Source: an uncultured Lachnospiraceae bacterium
GTDB taxonomy: Bacteria; Bacillota; Clostridia; Lachnospirales; Lachnospiraceae
Reading direction: 5' to 3'
Assembly (NCBI GenBank): GCA_910577765.1
Contig: CAJTOV010000005.1
Location: 203 to 64,202, forward strand
Length of the DNA: 64,000 bases
The notes under the pieces were generated by a model that had not been told where the DNA came from, ran no database searches, and saw only the letters and a list, made by a program, of their open reading frames with translations. Below, one piece after another: positions 42,738 to 49,682 of the stretch. Each line of letters starts with the position of its first letter. The stretch's first letter is position 1. The position numbers and the translations under genes were made by a program.

Positions 42738-43961
42738 TTAATTGTTTTCCCGGTACAGATACACTGCCACCCCATCCTTCACCGGACGGGACACCTCCCC
42801 CAGGATCAGGGGACGGGCATACTCCACAAACTCCTGGCGGATATCATTGCCGCCTTCCGTGATCCACTCCCTGGGGAAGGCCTTTTCCCGGTTGCATACA
42901 TCATCCACTTGTACCGTGGTACATTCCATCCGGTAAGGCCTGTCTCCGTTTCGCCGGAAGGCCGCCATCACCCCGTTCTCACCGGCCAGGGCCGCCCTTA
43001 CGCCCCAGCTTCCGGCCATGGCGGATTCTTCCAGGTCTGTGGCCGAGATTAAGGCGCCGCTGCACCGCTGGTTCACATTAAGCTCCACGGAACGGACCTT
43101 GACCCCAAAACGGCTGCGCACGAAATTCTCCAGAATCTTGCCGCATCCGGTCAGCATCTTGTGGCCGAAGTTGTCCACCTGGGCTTCATCGCCGTATTCG
43201 CAGATGAATTTGCCGGAAGCGTCATGAATTCCCTCGGACACACACACCACCACATAAGGCGTCTTTAAGAAGGCCTGCTCCAGATCCCCGGCAAACCGCT
43301 CCAGGTCAAAATCCGATTCCGGCAGATAGACCAGCACCGGATTGTCTCCTTCATATTTTCTTGCCAGCACGCTGGCCGCTGTGACCCATCCTGCATGGCG
43401 TCCCATAAGCTCCACAATAGTTACGGATTTCTGGAAGTATACGGAGGAATCCAGTACAATCTCCCGGACCGTTCCTGCCACATACTTGGCTGCGCTTCCA
43501 TAACCGGGAGTGTGGTCTGTCTTTACCAGGTCATTGTCAATGGTCTTGGGCACTCCGATAAAACGGATACTGCTTCCTATGGCTGCACCGTAGCGGGACA
43601 GCTTGCTGACCGTATCCATGGAGTCGTTTCCGCCGATATACAGGAAATACCCTACCTCCAGTGCTTCCAGCTTGTGAAAGACTTTTGGGTAAACCTCTGA
43701 GGACAGATCCTCCGGAAGCTTGTAACGGCAGGAGCCCAGATAGGCGGCCGGGGTTACCTTCAGAAGCTCCAGGTCCTCTCCGGTCAGAGTCTGGCCCAGA
43801 TCCTGAATCTTGTCCTGCAAAAATCCTTCGATGCCGTGGACCATTCCATATACATGCCCAATCTCACCGGAATGGGCCAGAGCCTCCCGGACTACTCCAT
43901 ACAGACTTCCGTTGATCACCGCAGTGGGGCCTCCTGACTGGCCGACAATCACATTTTTCAT
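42738..43961 (-). CDS. 6-phosphofructokinase family (likely PPi-dependent)
   Basis: GQSGGPTAVIN, IGGNDS (Asp typical of the PPi type), PKTIDNDL, ELMGRHAGW. Confidence 0.93.
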   Translation of the reverse strand: MKNVIVGQSGGPTAVINGSLYGVVREALAHSGEIGHVYGMVHGIEGFLQDKIQDLGQTLTGEDLELLKVTPAAYLGSCRYKLPEDLSSEVYPKVFHKLEALEVGYFLYIGGNDSMDTVSKLSRYGAAIGSSIRFIGVPKTIDNDLVKTDHTPGYGSAAKYVAGTVREIVLDSSVYFQKSVTIVELMGRHAGWVTAASVLARKYEGDNPVLVYLPESDFDLERFAGDLEQAFLKTPYVVVCVSEGIHDASGKFICEYGDEAQVDNFGHKMLTGCGKILENFVRSRFGVKVRSVELNVNQRCSGALISATDLEESAMAGSWGVRAALAGENGVMAAFRRNGDRPYRMECTTVQVDDVCNREKAFPREWITEGGNDIRQEFVEYARPLILGEVSRPVKDGVAVYLYRENN

Positions 43962-44067
43962 AGGTTCTCCTTAAAATTTTTATTTTTTGTGTATAATCTT
44001 CCTGGATGAGGAAATAATGAGATTAGTACCAATGATAAGGAAGAAATACTTATCCTCCCCTTTTTGA

Positions 44068-44112
44068 TACCCTGCTCGTTACATTCGGTGTGGCGGGCGG
44101 GGTATTTTTTTG
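44068..44112 (+). terminator. Intrinsic terminator on the plus strand with no upstream plus-strand gene
   Basis: ATACCCTGCTCGTTACA-TTCGG-TGTGGCGGGCGGGGTAT followed by a T-run; the stem uses G-U pairs that work only on the plus strand. Confidence 0.65.
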
Positions 44113-44407
44113 TTTTCTTGAGTGTAGCAGGGATTGGGGGATTTGGCAAGAGGGTAATGAGGGAGGGGGGCTTGGAGGGAGGGATGTTTATGGGGGGTGG
44201 TTCCGAGGGGAAAGCTTTTTCCAGAGCTGTTGGCTGCCGGCCGCAAGGCAGTACTACCTCAATGCATTAGTCCTTCATCCCGCTTGTAGTCAAACTGCTG
44301 GTGCCGAGTATTTTGTTGGTTTGCAAGGTGGAGAATGTGTCTGTTCGTTTGGCGCAGATTCTGTTTCTCTGGCAATTGATAGTATTTTATATCTATACTA
44401 TTATATA

Positions 44408-44600
44408 ACCCGACTTATTTTTGATTTATCGGGTATTCTATTTGTGATTACCCGACTTATATTTTATTTTCCGGGTTATCCATTTTTATCTACCCGACTT
44501 ATTTTATATCGGTTTTTCCTGATTTTTATAATCAGTATATAACCCGACTTTTTTAATGTTTATCGGGTATTACTCCCGATAAACATTAAAAAAGTCGGGT
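44408..44600. repeat. Iteron/operator-like array: ten ACCCGA/TCGGGT hexamers in alternating orientation, including a perfect 26-bp inverted repeat
   Basis: Hexamers start at 44408, 44429, 44450, 44471 (CCGGGT), 44492, 44509 (TCGGTT), 44542, 44563, 44574 (TCCCGA) and 44595. 44542-44567 is the exact reverse complement of 44575-44600. Spacers are AT-rich. Confidence 0.92.
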
Positions 44601-44609
44601 ATTCTTCTA

Positions 44610-44638
44610 TTGACTGTATTTCTTTTCAGTGGTAACAT
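44610..44638 (+). promoter_or_regulatory. Candidate sigma-A promoter of the helicase gene
   Basis: TTGACT-17-TAACAT with an extended -10 TG, 9 bp after the last hexamer. Confidence 0.5.
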
Positions 44639-44733
44639 TAGTCTCATAAGCGCTATTTTTTTCACTGAAATACATACCCACTTTGTGGCTGGGATTCTGA
44701 GAGTATCTATTGGGAAATGGGAGGATGGATTGT

Positions 44734-46404
44734 ATGGCGTGGGCGGATATGCCGGAGAGTGTGAGGAAGCGTTATACCTGGGAGGATGGAATTTTGAGTC
44801 TGGGGAGGGTTATGATCTCGGATTATTATGTGAGGCCTTTGCGGAGGCTTCGTTCTCCCGGGGGGCGGGAGTATCTGGAGATTGGATTTGTGGTTGGGGA
44901 TGAGGAAACCCTTCATGTGCTGACTATGGAGCCGGATGCTTTTTCGTCCATGGAACTGCCGGTCCGGATGATGTGTAATGACTACAAGCGCAGTTCCAGG
45001 GGGGAGCTGCTGATTCTTCTGAAGATGCAGATGCGGCAGCTTCCGGAGCCGGACTGGTATATTGATTCGGTTGGGTGGCATCTTCTGGACAACCAGTGGA
45101 TCTATTGTGCGGGAAACGAGGTTTTTCCCCTGGATACAGGGCTTGGACAAGCCATTGCCAGGGATGTCAGGGAGAAGTACCAGATACGCTATGATGACCG
45201 GGCCCCGGAAGAGATTCTGGGCTCTATGCAGGACCTGATCCGGCTAAACTGCATTCCGGCCAACCTCTGCCTGGTCTACTTAGTAACCGGGCTGCTGCGG
45301 ACGCTGTTCTTTTCCCTGGACATTCCGCCCCGGTTTCTTCTGTATCTGTGCGGAAGCACCGGCACCTACAAGACCACCCTGGCCAACTATTTCTTTGACC
45401 TGTACCGCCGTGGGGACGGGACTTCCTTTGCCAGCGAAGATTTCACCTCCAGCGAGGCGGCTCTCCAGAGCCGGATTCTGGAGTTCCGGGACTGTGTGTT
45501 TCTCCTTGATGATTTGTCCCCTGGGGTCAACAGCCGGGAGACCGGCCGGAAGGAAAATGTTGCCAACAACTTTATCCGCACAGCGGCAAACTGTGAAAAA
45601 AGGCTGATCAAATCAGGAAAGCAGGTTCAGGGAACCGGTTTTGAATGCTCCATTGCCATCACGGCGGAGAATATTCTGGAGCTGGAATCCCTGGTCAACC
45701 GCACTCTGCTGGTGGACATGGACAAGTATCCCCTTAATCAGGAGACACTGGGATTCCTCCTGCACCATCCCACCCTGGTGCCTTCCTTTGCCCGCCTGTT
45801 CCTTATGTGGGCAGCAGAGAACACGGAGCTGATCTGCCGCAGTATCCGCATGTTCTGGGACAATTACAGGGAAAATACGGAGCAGGACGCACCGCCGGCA
45901 CATCCCAGACTCCGGGATACCATGAATATCCTCAGCATTTCCACCCAGATTCTCCTCTACTTTTTTGAGCTCCGGAATCTGGATGTGAAATCCTTTGCCG
46001 GCTGCTTTGTGGATGCCATGGATATGGTGCAGAGGGATGAGGAACATGTTCTGCGCGGACTCCACAGCCAGAACGTCCGGTACGACATCTCCAGGGAGAT
46101 TGTCAATCTGATCAACACCCGGCAGATCATGCAGACCATGCCGGCCTTTGGCGGCGAAGCCTATATCCACAAAGAATTCCTGTACATTCAGCCCAAATAC
46201 CTTCTGGAACAGCTGGAAAAGGTCATCAATGACGAGGAATTCAGCGTACACAAGCTGTCTTCCTATCTGGGAAAGAAAGGACTTCTGGTCAAGGACAATT
46301 CCAGGGATTATACCAAAAAGAATTCCAACGGAAAGCGCTATTACCAGATTGACCTAAAGCGCCTGGAGGAAGAGACCAACATGTACCTGATGACAGACCT
46401 TTAA
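44734..46404 (+). CDS. DUF927/Cch/SaPI-Rep-like AAA+ (MCM/SF3-type) DNA helicase with a probable C-terminal winged helix
   Basis: VGWH motif, Walker A GSTGTYKTT, Walker B FLLDD, ITAE sensor-like motif, SLVNR Arg-finger-like motif and a basic C-terminus. GGAGG lies 9 nt before ATG 44734 (alternative start 44725). Confidence 0.75.
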   Translation: MAWADMPESVRKRYTWEDGILSLGRVMISDYYVRPLRRLRSPGGREYLEIGFVVGDEETLHVLTMEPDAFSSMELPVRMMCNDYKRSSRGELLILLKMQMRQLPEPDWYIDSVGWHLLDNQWIYCAGNEVFPLDTGLGQAIARDVREKYQIRYDDRAPEEILGSMQDLIRLNCIPANLCLVYLVTGLLRTLFFSLDIPPRFLLYLCGSTGTYKTTLANYFFDLYRRGDGTSFASEDFTSSEAALQSRILEFRDCVFLLDDLSPGVNSRETGRKENVANNFIRTAANCEKRLIKSGKQVQGTGFECSIAITAENILELESLVNRTLLVDMDKYPLNQETLGFLLHHPTLVPSFARLFLMWAAENTELICRSIRMFWDNYRENTEQDAPPAHPRLRDTMNILSISTQILLYFFELRNLDVKSFAGCFVDAMDMVQRDEEHVLRGLHSQNVRYDISREIVNLINTRQIMQTMPAFGGEAYIHKEFLYIQPKYLLEQLEKVINDEEFSVHKLSSYLGKKGLLVKDNSRDYTKKNSNGKRYYQIDLKRLEEETNMYLMTDL

Positions 46405-46420
46405 TAGACCGCAAAAAGGA

Positions 46421-46510
46421 GCTGTGAAAAACCTTTCTGCCATTGGGACAACAACGGTCTTTTCGTATCCGTCCGTTGTCTCCCTGCAGAAAAATCCGGC
46501 TTTTCACAGC
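46421..46510. terminator. Long imperfect hairpin between the convergent helicase and GGDEF-EAL genes
   Basis: Nested inverted arms GCTGTGAAAA/TTTTCACAGC, TTTCTGC/GCAGAAA and ACAACGG/CCGTTGT. Confidence 0.55.
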
Positions 46511-46590
46511 CCCACAAACTTCGCAACAGTCCCGGCAGGGTATCTTCCTGCTCCCGAAAAGCACGGGGGACAAGAAGCCTCCGGCGTCTG

Positions 46591-48705
46591 TTACTGATTT
46601 TTCAGATATTTCTCTTCAAATTCTTCCATAACCATAGGCTTATCCAGCCAGTAGCCCTGGATATATTCGCAGCCCATCCGCTCCAGCAGGTTTCTCTGCC
46701 GCTCGCTTTCCACACCTTCCGCCACACATACCTTGCCGAGACGGTGGCAGGTATGAATCAGTCCGCCTAAGAAGATTTCCTCGGTCTCCGTAAACTGGAG
46801 CCGCTGGACAAAGCTCCGGTCCAGCTTGACAACGGAAACCTCCTTCATCATAATCAGCTCCAGGGAGCCGTACTCTGCCCCCATGTCATCCAGGGCAATG
46901 GCAAAGCCCTCCCGCTTTAAGGACCGGACGATCTCCAGCATCCGCTTGTCCTGGAGGGTCCGGCTGGACTCGGTGATCTCGAACTCCAGACAGCTCCGGT
47001 CGGTCTGGTAATGGTCGCAGATTTCCAGTACCCGGGCCACAAATCCGTCTTCCGCCAGCGTCACCCGGGACACATTGATGGACACATGCATCACAGGATA
47101 CTGCCGGGATTTCCAAAGCTTCAGTTTCCGGCACACATTCTCCAGAACGAAAAAGTCGATCTTGGAGATAATGCTGGCATTCTCCAGAATCGGAATAAAG
47201 TCAAAGGGGTTCACCACATTGCCGCCTTCGTCGATTTTGCGGACCAGGGCCTCCACCCGTTCAATTCTGCCGGATTTTACGTTCATCTGGGGCTGGAAAT
47301 ATACCGTGTATACATCCTGCTCCAGCTCCCGGATCAGATTGCCCAGCATGGCCGGATGCTGCCTGGTCCCTCTGCGGGAATGCTTCTCATAGTAGCTCTG
47401 CTTGCCGGCGTACATGATCTGTTCTGCATCATTTAACATCTGGGGCAGATTACACCGGTCGCTTCTCCAGACATACCCTACCGTGGCCAGCTCCCCGTCA
47501 TCCTTCTGGATGGACTTCTGGAAATGCTGTACCCGCTTGGTAAACTCATTCTTGCTGCATCCCTCCTGGATCACCACAAACTCATCGCCGCTGATCCGGT
47601 AGACCTCGTCCTTGCGGAAACACTGAATCAGAATATCTGCCAGATTGCGGATGGCGCGGTCCCCCACACTGTGGCCGTATGTATCGTTGATAAACTTCAG
47701 GCCGTTCATGTCAATGAACGCAGCCCCCACATTCTTCATCTCATTGTGCTCGAACCGGGCAATGGTCTCATTGTAGCGGTTCCGGTTGTTTAAGTTGGTC
47801 AGAAGATCGTGATAACTGAGTCTGGTCAGCTGCTCGCTCATTTTACGCCGGGATATCTCATTAAGCACAAAATAGGTAAGATTCAGCAAAAACTGGGTAT
47901 CATCCTTGTGGCAGACCGGATCTCCCACCCCCAGCACCCCCTGGATCTTCCCGTCAATATAGAAGGGAACCGCAATCAGGCTGTCGGAGCCCTGGATATT
48001 CATAATTCCATACTCAATCTCTCTTGCCTGGTCTCCCTTTAAGGCCTCCCGGTCCTCAATATGGATATAATTGGCACGTACAAAATACTCGGACCACCGC
48101 TTTAAAAGAAGGAGGGAGATTTCCTGAAGAGAACCTTTCCGGGAATCCACCCCTTCCCCGCACACCTCGTAGGTGTTGCGGATACACTGGCTGTCCGGGT
48201 CTATCTCCAGAATATAGCTTCTGGCTCCCTGGTAATACTCCAGAATCCTGGCCAGCACATATTCCACCGCATCCTGGATACTGTCATCCGGGGAAGTCAG
48301 CCGCTTGACGCACTGGACCACAATCTGGGCTGCGTGGAGATCATCCTTGGCCTTGGTATAGCCTTCTTCAATCTCCAGAATATCCACCGCAATCTCCATG
48401 CGGTGCCATTTGTCCCACAGCCAGAACAAGCTGTCATTGACCAGGAATTCGCTTTTCAGCCGCTCGTTCCAGTGCTTCCAGCTGCATACCTGGTTCTCTT
48501 TTAAGTCTTTATTATTGCAGAAGCTGCACGGATTATCCAGCCCCTGGAGTACCTGGTAGCATTTCCCATATACTTCCTGCTCCTGCTGGATTCCCAGTCT
48601 CTGCCTGCCGCACCGGTTTAAGAAAACCAGGTCATAGGTCTCCATGTCGGATATATAGATGGTCTGGGAAATCTCATCATATAGTTTCAAATCTTTCAGT
48701 TCCAT
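46591..48705 (-). CDS. Sensor (PAS/GAF-like) GGDEF-EAL c-di-GMP protein
   Basis: HDLLTNLNNR, INDTYGHSVGD, SGDEF, EALVR, EITES, VAEGVE. Start at ATG 48705 after GGAGG. Confidence 0.93.
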   Translation of the reverse strand: MELKDLKLYDEISQTIYISDMETYDLVFLNRCGRQRLGIQQEQEVYGKCYQVLQGLDNPCSFCNNKDLKENQVCSWKHWNERLKSEFLVNDSLFWLWDKWHRMEIAVDILEIEEGYTKAKDDLHAAQIVVQCVKRLTSPDDSIQDAVEYVLARILEYYQGARSYILEIDPDSQCIRNTYEVCGEGVDSRKGSLQEISLLLLKRWSEYFVRANYIHIEDREALKGDQAREIEYGIMNIQGSDSLIAVPFYIDGKIQGVLGVGDPVCHKDDTQFLLNLTYFVLNEISRRKMSEQLTRLSYHDLLTNLNNRNRYNETIARFEHNEMKNVGAAFIDMNGLKFINDTYGHSVGDRAIRNLADILIQCFRKDEVYRISGDEFVVIQEGCSKNEFTKRVQHFQKSIQKDDGELATVGYVWRSDRCNLPQMLNDAEQIMYAGKQSYYEKHSRRGTRQHPAMLGNLIRELEQDVYTVYFQPQMNVKSGRIERVEALVRKIDEGGNVVNPFDFIPILENASIISKIDFFVLENVCRKLKLWKSRQYPVMHVSINVSRVTLAEDGFVARVLEICDHYQTDRSCLEFEITESSRTLQDKRMLEIVRSLKREGFAIALDDMGAEYGSLELIMMKEVSVVKLDRSFVQRLQFTETEEIFLGGLIHTCHRLGKVCVAEGVESERQRNLLERMGCEYIQGYWLDKPMVMEEFEEKYLKNQ

Positions 48706-48858
48706 ACGCCGCCTCCGCCCCTTTATAATGTACTCCCGGAGTCTCACAAAATCAGCCGCGGTGAGATTCCGAGAGCACATTGCAGTACATATTCTGGAAA
48801 TATTATACTCCAATTTGGGAGCGGCAACAAGTCTGTTTTTGAACAAATGTTGCCCGGG

Positions 48859-48885
48859 TTCCTGTCCGGCTATGCCGGACAGGAA
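48859..48885. repeat. REP-like palindrome
   Basis: TTCCTGTCCGGC-TAT-GCCGGACAGGAA; a 23-bp identical copy lies at 61750-61772 and a variant at 39414-39441. Confidence 0.65.
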
Positions 48886-49682
48886 GTATCGGGCGTCCGC
48901 CCGGTGTGGAAAGGGTTCCGCAGAATGTCCACCGTATGGGCGCTGGCCCCCAGCAGCTCGGGACGTTCGCAGGTGGACAGATGGTAGCGGAGAAACAGCC
49001 GGAATTCCTCCTGGTCCATGGCCTTTAAAACCGGGCGCAGATAGTCGGCGGGACCGTCGGCGGCAATGGTGCGGATGCGGGTCAGGCCTGCGGCCTCCCT
49101 GAGGCGGTCCATGTCTTCTAAGCGTACATAATCGTAGAGGTCCTTTTCCCTGGAAACACAGTGGAAATCCTGGTTCAGTCTTCCATCTTCCAGACACTCC
49201 CGGATATGGCCTTCCCGGAACCCGTAGGTAATAACCGCATATTCATTCATCAGGTAGGCCACCAGGAGAATCCCTCCCGGGCGGGTTACCCGCCGGGCTT
49301 CCCGGAGGGCTTTCAGCTTATCCTGGAAGCTGTACAGGTGGTACATGGGCCCCAGAAGCAGGGTCAGGTCAAAGGTGCTGTCCTCCAGCCGCCTTAAGTC
49401 CAGGGCATTGCCCTGAAAGGCCTTGACACTGCTTTTCTTTGTCCTGAGGATTCCCAGATTATAGCGGACCAGCTCCACGGCAGTCACGTCATACCCTTCC
49501 TCTGCCAAGGCCACACTGTAGCGGCCGGTTCCGGCACCGATATCCAGAATCCTGGGCCGGTCCATGGAAGCCAGACAGTCATGGATGTATTTCATGGTGG
49601 TGATGTATTCCACCTGGCCGTGGCGTCTCAGCAGGCGTTTGTCCTCATTGAATTTATTATAGTGTGCTTCCAGTTCCGTCAT
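48870..49682 (-). CDS. Class I SAM-dependent methyltransferase
   Basis: LDIGAGTGRY, LLGPMYHL. Confidence 0.92.
   Translation of the reverse strand: MTELEAHYNKFNEDKRLLRRHGQVEYITTMKYIHDCLASMDRPRILDIGAGTGRYSVALAEEGYDVTAVELVRYNLGILRTKKSSVKAFQGNALDLRRLEDSTFDLTLLLGPMYHLYSFQDKLKALREARRVTRPGGILLVAYLMNEYAVITYGFREGHIRECLEDGRLNQDFHCVSREKDLYDYVRLEDMDRLREAAGLTRIRTIAADGPADYLRPVLKAMDQEEFRLFLRYHLSTCERPELLGASAHTVDILRNPFHTGRTPDTSCPA

Noticed and set aside
44090..44542. 150-aa plus-strand ORF across the G-rich tract and repeat array
   Set aside because: Low-complexity translation with a repeated TRLI produced by the DNA repeats; no RBS; best explained by the A-poor composition avoiding stop codons.
44408..44600. 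CRISPR mini-array interpretation of the palindromic repeats
   Set aside because: Only the hexamer ends are conserved, gaps between units are short and AT-rich (5-27 bp), the last unit is inverted, and there are no cas genes in the window.
43962..46590. att sites or target duplications bounding the helicase module
   Set aside because: No convincing direct repeats, tRNA gene or recombinase were found by eye; a computational repeat search is still needed.
48706..49197. N-terminal extension of the GGDEF-EAL ORF (similar extensions for pyrG, cdd, gntR, the radical SAM gene and the SUV3-like helicase)
   Set aside because: The extensions overlap neighbouring genes or promoters; downstream ATGs have clear RBSs and family-typical starts.
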